64,000 bases of DNA from assembly GCA_937124585.1 (NCBI GenBank), contig CAKZKT010000127.1, positions 68,606 to 132,605 of the forward strand, in the 5' to 3' direction. The notes under the pieces were generated by a model that saw nothing but the letters and a program-made list of their open reading frames with translations, ran no database searches and was not told the origin of the DNA. Below are positions 40,217 to 49,254 of this stretch, in pieces. Origin of the DNA: an uncultured Anaerolineae bacterium (GTDB taxonomy: Bacteria > Chloroflexota > Anaerolineae > CG2-30-64-16). The translations under genes were made by a program, and so were the position numbers. Each line of letters begins with the position of its first letter. Position 1 is the first letter of the stretch.

Positions 40217-41895
40217 GGCAGAATTATACTTCCTTCGTTGGCCTGAGTCACAATCCGCCGATAGATATCCAGAAAGCCCCCGGCAACCCGCGGCGGCCGT
40301 GGCTGCCAGGCGGCCAGGCGCCGGCCGAGCTCCTCGTCGGAGATCAGCAGCTGCAGGCGCCGGGCCGGGATGTCAATCTCGATCAGATCGCCGTCGCGCA
40401 CTGCGGCGATGGGGCCGCCGACAAACGCTTCCGGCGCCACATGGCCGACGCAAGGCCCCCGCGTCGCGCCGGAGAAACGGCCATCGGTGATCATGGCCAC
40501 CGATTCGGCCAGCCCCATGCCGACCAGCATTGCCGCCGGGATCGAAAGCTCGCGCATCCCCGGGCCGCCGGCCGGGCCCTCATTGCGGATCACCAGCACG
40601 TCGCCCGGCCGGATCGCGGCGGCGTGCAGGGAGTCGCGCACGGCTTCCTCGCACTCGAAGACGCGCGCCGGGCCGACATGGCGCAGCATGGCCGGCGCCA
40701 CGCCGCTCTGCTTGACCACCGCGCCGGCCGGGGCCAAATTGCCCCGCAGGACGACGATCCCGCCCTCGGCCGCCAGGGGATCGTGCAGGGGGCGCAACAC
40801 TTCGGGGCGCTGCACACGGCCGGCAGCCGCCCGGGCCGCGATCGTCTCGCCCGTGACCGTCGGCGCGTCGGCATGAAGCAGGGGCAGCAGCACGTTCAGC
40901 ACGGCCGGGATGCCGCCGGCAGCGTGCAGGTCCACCACGGTGAAGGCCGCGGCGGGGCGAAACTTGCCGATCAGCGGCGTGGTGCGGCCCAGCGCGTCGA
41001 AATCATCCAGCGACACGGCCACGTCGGCCGCCCGGGCAATGGCCGGGATGTGCAGCGCGGCGTTGGTGGAGCCTCCGATTGCCTGCACGACGCGGATGGC
41101 GTTCTCGAAGCTGGGCCGGGACAGGAAGGCGCGCGCCGTCAACGGGCCAGGCACGCCGCCAGTGGCTGATGCATGGCGAGCGACCATTTCGACGATGCGC
41201 CGGCCGCTGGCTTCGCACAGCGCCCGACGCTCCGGCGCCTCCGCGGGCAGGGTGGCACAGCCGGGCAGCGTCAGCCCCAGCGCCTCGGTCACACAGGCCA
41301 TGGTATTGGCGGTGCCCATGAAGCTGCATGCGCCGGGGCCGGGACACGCAGCCGCCTCGAGCTCGCGCAACTCCGCCTCGGTCATGCGGCCCGCCTCCAC
41401 GCGGCCCATCCCCTCCTTCACGTCGCTGAGGATCACCTCCCGGTCGCCGAGGCGACCCGGCCGCATCGGCCCGCCGGTGACGAAGAGGGTCGGCAGGTCA
41501 AGCCACGCGGCCGCGATCAACATGCCCGGGATGATCTTGTCGCAGCTGGCCAGCATCACCAGGCCGTCAAAGCGATGGCCGCGCGCCATCAGCTCCACCG
41601 AGGCCGCGATGACATCGCGCAGGGGCAGGATCGCGTGCATGCCCGGCCCCTGGGCGATCCCGTCGCACGGCGCGACCGTGTTGAACTCGGCCGGCATGCC
41701 GCCTGCGGCCCGCACGCCGGCCTTGGCCCACCCCGCCAGCTCCCGCAGGTGCAGGTGGCCGGGACAGGTCTCGCTCCACGAGTTGGCGATGCCGATCAGC
41801 GGCTTGCCGAAGTCATCGTCGCCGAAGCCCATGGGCCGAAAAAGGGCGCGCGGGTAGGCACCGTGAAGGCCCTCGAAGAGAGTATTGGTTACCAT
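40195..41895 (-). CDS. IlvD/EDD-family dehydratase (dihydroxy-acid or sugar-acid dehydratase)
   Basis: [2Fe-2S]/Mg motifs (CDGIAQG, ASCDKIIPG, CPGPGACSFMGTANTMA). Start is probably MVTNTLFEG at 41895, 2 nt after the upstream stop; the alternative start at 41940 overlaps. Confidence 0.8.
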   Translation of the reverse strand: MVTNTLFEGLHGAYPRALFRPMGFGDDDFGKPLIGIANSWSETCPGHLHLRELAGWAKAGVRAAGGMPAEFNTVAPCDGIAQGPGMHAILPLRDVIAASVELMARGHRFDGLVMLASCDKIIPGMLIAAAWLDLPTLFVTGGPMRPGRLGDREVILSDVKEGMGRVEAGRMTEAELRELEAAACPGPGACSFMGTANTMACVTEALGLTLPGCATLPAEAPERRALCEASGRRIVEMVARHASATGGVPGPLTARAFLSRPSFENAIRVVQAIGGSTNAALHIPAIARAADVAVSLDDFDALGRTTPLIGKFRPAAAFTVVDLHAAGGIPAVLNVLLPLLHADAPTVTGETIAARAAAGRVQRPEVLRPLHDPLAAEGGIVVLRGNLAPAGAVVKQSGVAPAMLRHVGPARVFECEEAVRDSLHAAAIRPGDVLVIRNEGPAGGPGMRELSIPAAMLVGMGLAESVAMITDGRFSGATRGPCVGHVAPEAFVGGPIAAVRDGDLIEIDIPARRLQLLISDEELGRRLAAWQPRPPRVAGGFLDIYRRIVTQANEGSIILPCQPTHR

Positions 41896-41897
41896 GG

Positions 41898-43811
41898 CTA
41901 CAATCCGATCCGGTGTCGCAGTGCCTGTACGTCTTCGCACCAGTTGCCCACGTTCCAGCGGCCGAAGACGCCCATCCCGCCCAGCGGATCGGGGCCGAAG
42001 TAGACCGGGACGTGGATCAGGCTCAAGCCGGGGTAGGCATAGGCCCGGTCGAGCGCTGCCAGGAGCGACGGGATGGCATCGCCTCCCGGCAGGGCCTGCA
42101 CCCCGGCCACCGCCTGGGCCCAGGCCACGTAGTCCACCGCGACGCGATCCGCGGTGGCGAACTCGTGGCCGTACTGCGCCTCTTGCAGGCCGGTAATCGC
42201 GGCCATCCGCCGGTTGTCCAGCAGCAGAATGCAGCCGCGAGCACCATGCTGCACCCCGTCAATCAAGATCTGCGGGTTCATGGTAAACGAGCCGTCCCCG
42301 CTGATCGCCAGTCCGTAGAACGGCGGCTCGGCCGCGGCCGTCGCCAGCAGCGCGGAGACCGCGAAGCCCATGTAGCTGGCCCCCGTCTCGGTGATCGTAC
42401 GGCCGGGGCGGTCGTCCTCGACGACCTGAAAGCCGTTGGCCTGCACATCGCCCGCATCGAAGAAGGTCACGACATCGTGGGCGCGTGCCCAATCGGTCGC
42501 CGCCTTGATCGCTGCGGGCTGCGTGAGCACATCCCGGCCCCAACCGGCGTCCCACAGGGTCGGACGGTCGTAGTGCTCGGCCTTAAACGCCTCCCAGGCG
42601 CGCTTCTGAGCCGCGCACTCGGCCAGCCAGGGAGATGGCCCGCCAGCGGCCTTGGGGACGCGCAGCCGCAGCCCGTCGTTCAACCGCCGCAGCGTGGCCT
42701 TTGCATCCCCGATCAGCGCCAGCGTCTTGCCGTAGTGCAGCGCCGCGTCGGGATCGGGATTGATGTTGATCACGTGCTTGACCCGCGGATAGCCCGTGCG
42801 CGAGCTGTCGGATTGACAGACCGCGCGCGTCCCGATGGCCACCAGCAGGTCGGCGTGCTCCATGGCATAGTTGCCGCAGAGCGAGCCTTTCGATCCGCCG
42901 ACCGTCATGTTGCGGGGGTGGGTGTAGGGCACGACGCCGGTAGCAATGGGGGTGTGCACCAGCACGGCATCGGTCAGCTCCAGGAACTCCGCCAGCTCAG
43001 GGCCGGCATCCCTCGCGCCGCCGCCGATCTTGACGACAACCCGCTCGGCTGCCAGCAGCAGTTCGGCAGCACGGGCATAGGCGTCGTCGTCCGCGACCGC
43101 GCCAACGTGCGGTACCGGCCCCTCGGGCAGCTCGTTCAGGTTGAAGCCGGGCATGGCTGCGGCCTGGGTGTTCATGGGCAGGAGGAGAAAGAAAGGCCCG
43201 GCGCGATACGGATGATCCACCGTGACCAACCCGCGACGGAGCGCAGTGGCAAGAGCCATTGGCGTATGCAGGCTGTAGCCCCGACCGGCCGTCTCACACA
43301 GCCGGAGGAACAGTGCCTGCTCATGCTTGGGGATCTGCTGCATGTTCGGCCCCTCGTCCTCGGTGGTCTCATCCCCGAACAGGTACCAGACACCGATCCC
43401 GTCAGAGGCGGGCGCCAGCGACGCAGCCAGCGCCTGCAGCGCGCCCGGGCCGATGGATGTGACCACGGCACTCTGCTGGCCCGTCACCCAGCGCAGGGCG
43501 GTCGCAGCGTGAGACGCTTCGATCTCGTTGCGGACGTTCAGCACGCGCAGCAGCCCTGCCTCGGCGTAGATGCGCAGCACCTCGCCGATCTCGGTGGAGC
43601 CGTGGCCGAAAACGGCAAAAAAGATGCGCACGCCCTGGCGCAGCAGACCTAACACCAACGCCTCGGACAGAGTCGTGTCAATGCTGGGAGGCAGCGCGCC
43701 AGCCGCCAACGCGACGTCCAGCCCACCCGCGGCCGCGATGGCTCTGGCGCGGGCCGCGCGCGCTGCTGCGAGGAGATCCTGGCTGGCAACGAAGCGATTC
43801 ACGGATACCAC
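41898..43811 (-). CDS. Thiamine-pyrophosphate enzyme, IolD-like (3D-(3,5/4)-trihydroxycyclohexane-1,2-dione acylhydrolase family; acetolactate-synthase superfamily)
   Basis: 637 aa. TPP-binding GDGSF...N region (ISGDGSFTMNPQILIDGVQHGARGCILLLDNRRMAAITGLQ) and an N-terminal FGHG...SIGPGA region laid out like IolD. Confidence 0.65.
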   Translation of the reverse strand: MVSVNRFVASQDLLAAARAARARAIAAAGGLDVALAAGALPPSIDTTLSEALVLGLLRQGVRIFFAVFGHGSTEIGEVLRIYAEAGLLRVLNVRNEIEASHAATALRWVTGQQSAVVTSIGPGALQALAASLAPASDGIGVWYLFGDETTEDEGPNMQQIPKHEQALFLRLCETAGRGYSLHTPMALATALRRGLVTVDHPYRAGPFFLLLPMNTQAAAMPGFNLNELPEGPVPHVGAVADDDAYARAAELLLAAERVVVKIGGGARDAGPELAEFLELTDAVLVHTPIATGVVPYTHPRNMTVGGSKGSLCGNYAMEHADLLVAIGTRAVCQSDSSRTGYPRVKHVININPDPDAALHYGKTLALIGDAKATLRRLNDGLRLRVPKAAGGPSPWLAECAAQKRAWEAFKAEHYDRPTLWDAGWGRDVLTQPAAIKAATDWARAHDVVTFFDAGDVQANGFQVVEDDRPGRTITETGASYMGFAVSALLATAAAEPPFYGLAISGDGSFTMNPQILIDGVQHGARGCILLLDNRRMAAITGLQEAQYGHEFATADRVAVDYVAWAQAVAGVQALPGGDAIPSLLAALDRAYAYPGLSLIHVPVYFGPDPLGGMGVFGRWNVGNWCEDVQALRHRIGL

Positions 43812-43834
43812 CTTTCACCTTTCACGTTGCAAAG

Positions 43835-43898
43835 TGTCTGGCACGTGCGAAATGAGCCGGATTCACGTGCCAGGCATCTCGCAGAGTGCCTGGCACGT
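43835..43898. repeat. About 1.5 copies of the palindromic repeat (ACGTGCCAGGCA-TCTCGCAGAG-TGCCTGGCACGT) in the divergent IolD-like/tetR intergenic region
   Basis: Full copy at 43865-43898 with perfect 12-bp arms. A half-site (TGTCTGGCACGTG) lies upstream with spacer CGAAATGAGCCGGATTCA. Confidence 0.8.
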
Positions 43899-44030
43899 GT
43901 GGCAGATTTCGCGATTCATCGAGAAGATACAACCAGTTTGATGCCTTGTCAAATGCGATTTGACAAACGCGCCGATCGGTGAGACAATCAGAAAAACCGA
44001 CCGGTCGGTATAATTCCACATGGAGGCACC

Positions 44031-44684
44031 ATGAGCCATCAGGCGCGGGGAGACGAGACTCAAGCACGCATCCTGGCCGCAGCGGCCGAATGTTTCACCC
44101 GCGCCGGCTACGACGCCACCGGTGTGGCTGAGATCTGTGCCCGGGCTGGGGTAAGCAAAGGCGCGTTCTATCACCACTTCCCGACCAAGCAGGCCCTGTT
44201 CCTGGCCCTGCTCGACCGGTGGCTGGCCGGATTGGACAGTTCGTTGCAGGCCACGCGGCGGGCCGGGATGACCATGCCGCAACGCCTGGAGGAGCTGGCA
44301 GAAACGGTGGAACAGGTGCTGGAAGCGGCCAGGGGCCAGGTGCCCATGTTCCTGGAGTTCTGGCGTCAAGCCGCCAAAGAGCCCCAGGTGTGGCAGGCCT
44401 CCATCGAGCCCTACCAGCGTTTTCGCTCCGCATTCGTGGCGATGGTGCAAGAGGGCATCGCCGAAGGCTCGCTGCGCGCGGTGGATGCGAGGCTGGCAGC
44501 CCTGGTGCTGGTCTCGCTGGGAGTGGGATTGGTGCTGCAAGGCGTGCTCGATCCGGCCGCAGCAGCATGGCCCGGCGCGGCCGGCCAGGCCGTTCGTTTG
44601 CTCCTGGATGGCCTGGCAGCCCCGGATCGTTTATCCCCGTGCCAGGCACCCTCTCAGGGGCCTGGCACGTACACACACGATTGA
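44031..44684 (+). CDS. TetR/AcrR-family transcriptional regulator
   Basis: GGAGG RBS. N-terminal HTH (ILAAAAECFTRAGYDATGVAEICARAGVSKGAFYHHFPTKQALF). The last ~15 codons read into the repeat. Confidence 0.85.
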   Translation: MSHQARGDETQARILAAAAECFTRAGYDATGVAEICARAGVSKGAFYHHFPTKQALFLALLDRWLAGLDSSLQATRRAGMTMPQRLEELAETVEQVLEAARGQVPMFLEFWRQAAKEPQVWQASIEPYQRFRSAFVAMVQEGIAEGSLRAVDARLAALVLVSLGVGLVLQGVLDPAAAAWPGAAGQAVRLLLDGLAAPDRLSPCQAPSQGPGTYTHD

Positions 44685-44740
44685 TCCACGTGCCAGGCAC
44701 CCTCTCAGGTGCCTGGCACGTAAATGATGCCTGGCACGTT
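44638..44740. repeat. About 2.5 tandem copies of a variant palindromic repeat (CGTGCCAGGC-ACCCTCTCAGGN-GCCTGGCACGT), period about 51 bp, at the tetR 3' end / upstream of 44800 gene
   Basis: Copies at 44638-44671 and 44689-44721, plus a partial copy (ATGCCTGGCACGTT) at 44722-44740. Arms are the same as at the other loci but the loop sequence differs. Confidence 0.8.
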
Positions 44741-44799
44741 TGGCCGCGACATTCTGCGACGCCCAGGTCTTATCCATCTTTGGTTTTGAGAGGTTCACC

Positions 44800-46590
44800 A
44801 TGAAAGTATTGCTCACGGGCGCGTTCGGGAATGTCGGCATCAGCACCCTCGACGAATTGCTGCGGCAGGGCCATACTGTACGCTGCTTTGATCTGCGCAC
44901 CGCGGTCAACGAGCGGACAGCCCGCCGCTATGCGGGCCGCATCGAGGTCGTATGGGGCGACCTGCGGAATCCGGCCGATGTGGCCGCGGCCGTAGCAGGG
45001 GTCGAGGTCGTCCTCCACGTCGCGTTCATCATCCCCAAGATGTCGCATACCGGCATCGAATCGGAGCTGCGGCCCGACTGGGCCGCGGCGGTCAATGTCG
45101 GCGGCACGCGCCACCTGATCCAGGCCATGCAGGCGCAGCCGATCCCGCCGAAGCTGATCTTCACCTCCTCCCTGCATGTCTACGGTCGCACCCAGCATCT
45201 GCCACCTCCGCGCACCGCCGACGAACCGGTGCATCCCATCGAACATTATGCGCGGCACAAACTACAATGCGAGGAGATGATCCGCACGTCGGGCCTGACA
45301 TGGGCCATCTTGCGGCTAGCGGCCACGCTTCCCATCGCGCTCAAGCTTGACCCCGGCATGTTCGATGTGCCACTAAACAACCGCATGGAATATGTCCACA
45401 CGAAAGACGTGGGCCTGGCGCTGGCCAACGCGGTCAGCAGTGATGCGATATGGGGCAAGACGCTGCTGATCGGCGGCGGCCCGCGCTGTCAGTACACCTA
45501 CGGCGAAATCATGGCGCGCATCATGGCTGCGCTGGGGCTGGACATGCTGCCGGCCGAAGCCTTCGCCACGACGCCCTTCGCCACCGACTGGCTGGACACG
45601 GCGGAGAGCCAGCGCCTGCTCCGCTACCAGACGCGCACCCTCGACGACTATCTGGCCGACATGACGCGGCTGATGGGCCTGCGCCTGCCGTTCATGCGGC
45701 TGTTCAAGCCGCTGATCCGGCGGTCGCTGCTGGCGCATTCACCGCATTGGACACGACACACCGCCCGACAACGCAAAGAGGGGTGGGAAAACCAGACCGC
45801 CCTGGTGACCGGCGCATCCAGCGGGATCGGCGCGGCCGCAGCCCGACAGCTGGCGCGGCTGGGCGTCCGCGTGCTCCTGGTGGCCCGTCGCGGCGAGCGG
45901 CTGGAACTGCTGGCAGACGAGATCCGGCGAGACGGCGGCAGCGCGCACGCCATCACTGCCGACCTGGCCAACGAGGCCGAACGCGCCCGGGTCCTGGAGC
46001 AGGCCCATGCGCTGGCCGGCGGCGTGGACATCCTGGTGAACAGCGCCGGATTCGGCTGGTATGGCTACGGCAGCGAGATGCCGTGGGAAGTCGCGCGTGC
46101 CATGATCCAGACGAACATGACCGCGCTGGCCCACATGACGCTGCTGGTGCTGCGCGATATGAAGGCCCGCGGCCGGGGGCACATCGTCAACATCAGCTCC
46201 ATCGCCGGCAGCCTGCCCGAACAGGGGACCGCGTTGTACAGCGCCACCAAGGCATTCGTGGACAACTTCACCACCGCCCTGCATCGTGAACTGCGCGGGA
46301 CGGCGATTCACGTCAGCCTGATCCGGCCCGGGCCGGTGCAGACGGAGTTCTTCAGCCGGGCGGCCGACCAGCCGGGCGGTTTCCGCGTGCCCGGAGAGCG
46401 GTTCGCGATCACGCCGGAGCGGGTCGCGGCGCGCGTGGTCGCCGTCCTGCGTCGGCCACGACGCGTGGTGCACATCCCGGGCTGGTGGCGCATCGCGCCG
46501 TGGATCGAGCCCGCGCTGGGCTGGCTGATCGATCGCCTGGGACCGGCGTTGCTGCGTCGCCAGAGGCGGGGCGAAACACTCGCCTCGTAG
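44800..46590 (+). CDS. Fusion protein: NAD-dependent epimerase/dehydratase (extended SDR) domain + classical SDR domain
   Basis: Start MKVLLTGAFGNVGISTL with a GAGAGG RBS (Rossmann GxxGxxG). A second Rossmann at about residue 330 (ALVTGASSGIGAAAA) carries NSAG and YSATK motifs. The AT-rich promoter-like region lies just after the repeats. Confidence 0.75.
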   Translation: MKVLLTGAFGNVGISTLDELLRQGHTVRCFDLRTAVNERTARRYAGRIEVVWGDLRNPADVAAAVAGVEVVLHVAFIIPKMSHTGIESELRPDWAAAVNVGGTRHLIQAMQAQPIPPKLIFTSSLHVYGRTQHLPPPRTADEPVHPIEHYARHKLQCEEMIRTSGLTWAILRLAATLPIALKLDPGMFDVPLNNRMEYVHTKDVGLALANAVSSDAIWGKTLLIGGGPRCQYTYGEIMARIMAALGLDMLPAEAFATTPFATDWLDTAESQRLLRYQTRTLDDYLADMTRLMGLRLPFMRLFKPLIRRSLLAHSPHWTRHTARQRKEGWENQTALVTGASSGIGAAAARQLARLGVRVLLVARRGERLELLADEIRRDGGSAHAITADLANEAERARVLEQAHALAGGVDILVNSAGFGWYGYGSEMPWEVARAMIQTNMTALAHMTLLVLRDMKARGRGHIVNISSIAGSLPEQGTALYSATKAFVDNFTTALHRELRGTAIHVSLIRPGPVQTEFFSRAADQPGGFRVPGERFAITPERVAARVVAVLRRPRRVVHIPGWWRIAPWIEPALGWLIDRLGPALLRRQRRGETLAS

Positions 46591-46614
46591 ACGGACGCAG
46601 CCAAACGCCGATGC

Positions 46615-47580
46615 TCAGGCGCACACCGGCGCGGTCGCCGTCCAACGATTGAAAACCGGATCGCGGTGTTGCATCATCGCCTGGCGGGCTTCCTCCCACA
46701 TGGTCGCCCAGTCACGCCAGTCGGTCACGACCTGTTCGGGATGCGCCCGGCTGCGGGCCAGGAAGGCCGGGAAGGCGGGCCGGCCCGTGGGCTGACCGGC
46801 CGGCTGATAGCGCAGATCGAAGCTCCAGCGAATCCCCTGGCTGACATTGGTCAGCGAGGCGTGCTGCGTAAGCCTGTGCAGCAGCAGGATGCTGCCCGGC
46901 CGCATCGGCACTGGCACGCCCGGCCCGGCCAGCAGCCGCTCGGGAATCTGCACCCCGCCCACGCCCGGACAGTGGGTGATCAGCGCGCCGCGGTGGCTGC
47001 CTGGGATCACGCTCAGGCAGCCGTTTTCGACCGTGGCCGCAGTGATCGGCAGCCAGATCGTCAGGATATCGCTGTTGTCCGCTTCCGGCAACGCCACGCC
47101 CTGATCCTGGTGCCACGGCGTGCGCGCGGTCAGGCCGCCGCGCATCCCGACCGGCACCTGATCTTCGGGCGGCTTCAGGCGCACATGGTGGATCGGGTTC
47201 ACGACGATCTCCGGGCCAAGCAGCTGTTCGGCCACATCGAGGAGCTTCGGGTGGATCAACAGGTTGAAGACCGCTTTGCTGTGATGGATGGGGGTGTCGG
47301 CGGTCACGCCGCCCTGGGGCAGGGAAAAATCGAAATGCTGAATCCAGTTGATGCCGGCCCGTCCGGCCTCCAGCGCCACAGCCGCAAAACGCTGTTCGAA
47401 CGGCAAGCCACGATAGGCCGATGAGATCAGCCCCTGACCGAACCAGCGTTCGGCCAGCGTATCGAGCAACTCCTCATAATCTCGAATGATCGGCGCGAGA
47501 TCCTCTTCGGGATCGAGCACATCCTCCAACAAAACATATCCGTACTCAGCGAACTGACTCACAACATCCATGCGGTTCAT
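46615..47580 (-). CDS. Phytanoyl-CoA dioxygenase (PhyH) family protein (Fe(II)/2OG oxygenase)
   Basis: Gene-like part begins MNRMDVVSQFAEYGYVLLEDVL with a GAGGGA RBS. HxD...H context (PWHQDQG...IPGSH). The upstream 275 codons of the ORF are Arg/Gly junk. Confidence 0.7.
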   Translation of the reverse strand: MNRMDVVSQFAEYGYVLLEDVLDPEEDLAPIIRDYEELLDTLAERWFGQGLISSAYRGLPFEQRFAAVALEAGRAGINWIQHFDFSLPQGGVTADTPIHHSKAVFNLLIHPKLLDVAEQLLGPEIVVNPIHHVRLKPPEDQVPVGMRGGLTARTPWHQDQGVALPEADNSDILTIWLPITAATVENGCLSVIPGSHRGALITHCPGVGGVQIPERLLAGPGVPVPMRPGSILLLHRLTQHASLTNVSQGIRWSFDLRYQPAGQPTGRPAFPAFLARSRAHPEQVVTDWRDWATMWEEARQAMMQHRDPVFNRWTATAPVCA

Positions 47581-47678
47581 GACGACTCCCTCGACGGAAA
47601 AATAACGGCCTGCGGCTGGCTGGCGCTTCCTAACCGCCATTATCATCGTCAAAGGAGATCGTCCGACAGTAATCGCGC

Positions 47679-49220
47679 TTACCACCCCCCGAAGAAGAAC
47701 GCCAGCTCGCGGACCTTCAGCAGCCGACATGCGCCGAGATATACGATGCCGCCGAACGCGCCGGCGACTGCGAGCGCGGCAAACTCGCCCCAGCCGCTCC
47801 GGCCGGCGAAGGAGACCAACAAAGCCATGGCGCCGGCCATGAGCGCCGATGCGATCAGCACGCGCAGCAGCAGACGGAGCATCTCCCGGGCGCCGATGCT
47901 GTGCAGTCGGCCGCGCAGGATGCCGAGCAGCACCAGCACCTCGGCCGTCACCGCCAGCGAATTGGCCAGTGCCAGGCCGCCGTGGCCCAACGGCCCCATG
48001 AGCAGCACGGCCAGGAGGATATTGACGCCGGCCGAGGCCGCGGCCAACAGCAGCGGCGTGACCGTGTCCTGCTGGGCGAAAAAGGCGCGCGTGACCAGCT
48101 CCAGGCAGACATGGCCGACCAGACCGAGCGCATAGAAACGAAGCGCCGCATACACCGCCTCGGTGGCCGCCGCATCGAACGCGCCGCGCTGATAAAGTAC
48201 CGCCAGCAGCGGCCGGCCCAGCACGATCAGCGCCACGGCCGCGGGCACAGCCAGCGCCATCACCGTCCGCAGCGATTCGCTCAGCGTGGCACGCAGGCCG
48301 GCGCGATCGCCGCGCGCGGCCAGCTCTGCGAACGTGGGGAAGGCCACCAGCCCGAACGCGGTGCCGATGACCGTTTCGGGGAACTGCATGGCATCCCAGC
48401 CCCACTCCAATGCGGCGACACTGCCTGCGCCGAGCCGCGAGGCCAGATTGGTCGTCGCCAGCAGCGTCAGATGGAACACCCCCAGGTCGAGCACGCGCGG
48501 GCCCAGCAACACCGCGACCCGACGCACCGCGTCATCCCCCGTGTCCAGGATCGGCCACCAGCGGAAGCCAAAGCGGATCAGGCCGGGGACCTTGATCGCC
48601 AGATGCAACGCGGCGCCGATCACCGCGCCGACGGCCAGGCCCTCCACACCCCAGCGCGGAGCCAGCCATAGCGCGCCGACGATGATCCCCAGCGGATAGA
48701 CGACCGACGCCAGGGCCGGCAGCAGGAAATGCTTGAAGCCGTGGAGGATGCTGCCCTGCAGCGCGCTGACGCTGAAGATCAGCGTGGAGATCAGCACGAT
48801 GCGCATGATACGGGCGGTTTCGGCGGCGCGCGCAGGATCGAAGCCGGGCGCGATGACCGTGCGCGCGAGCCAGGGCGCCGCCACAGCGACGACAGCCGCC
48901 AGGCCAAGCGTGATCAGCGCCGCCCAGTTCGTGATCGCGCTCGCCAGCCGCCACGCGGCCGTTCGATCGTCGGCGGCCAGGAAGCCGGCGAACACCGGGA
49001 TGAACGAGGTCGCCAGCGCGCCGCCCGCCACGACCGTGAAGAGCAAATCGGGCAGCTTGAAGGCAGCATAGTATGCGTCGAGGTCGGCGCCGATGCCGAA
49101 CTGCCGTGCGATCACCATATTGCGCGCCATCCCGGCGACCGCGGCCAGCACGAACGCAGCCCCGACAAGCAGGACGTTGCGGGCGAGATGGCGACGGCGG
49201 GCGGCGGTGATATGGATCAT
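47679..49220 (-). CDS. murJ: Lipid II flippase MurJ (MOP-family integral membrane protein)
   Basis: 513 aa with about 14 TM segments and an N-terminus typical of MviN/MurJ (NMVIARQFGIGADLDAYYAAFKLPD). Confidence 0.8.
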   Translation of the reverse strand: MIHITAARRRHLARNVLLVGAAFVLAAVAGMARNMVIARQFGIGADLDAYYAAFKLPDLLFTVVAGGALATSFIPVFAGFLAADDRTAAWRLASAITNWAALITLGLAAVVAVAAPWLARTVIAPGFDPARAAETARIMRIVLISTLIFSVSALQGSILHGFKHFLLPALASVVYPLGIIVGALWLAPRWGVEGLAVGAVIGAALHLAIKVPGLIRFGFRWWPILDTGDDAVRRVAVLLGPRVLDLGVFHLTLLATTNLASRLGAGSVAALEWGWDAMQFPETVIGTAFGLVAFPTFAELAARGDRAGLRATLSESLRTVMALAVPAAVALIVLGRPLLAVLYQRGAFDAAATEAVYAALRFYALGLVGHVCLELVTRAFFAQQDTVTPLLLAAASAGVNILLAVLLMGPLGHGGLALANSLAVTAEVLVLLGILRGRLHSIGAREMLRLLLRVLIASALMAGAMALLVSFAGRSGWGEFAALAVAGAFGGIVYLGACRLLKVRELAFFFGGW

Positions 49221-49254
49221 CGTGCGGCCTGTTCGGCAGAGAGCAACAGCAGCG

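Noticed and set aside
37645-44700. N-terminal extensions such as MPGTLQDAWHV... / MPGTCEPVRRARHLAECLA... and ORFs 38592-40037(-), 38751-39155(+), 38798-40213(+), 44095-44803
   Set aside because: These are translations of the palindromic repeat units or antisense to the GPH transporter. The same peptide recurring from different loci is explained by the DNA repeat.
46615-48405. 596-aa reading of the PhyH ORF
   Set aside because: The N-terminal 275 codons are Arg/Gly-rich junk antisense-like sequence. A gene-like sequence with an RBS starts at 47580.
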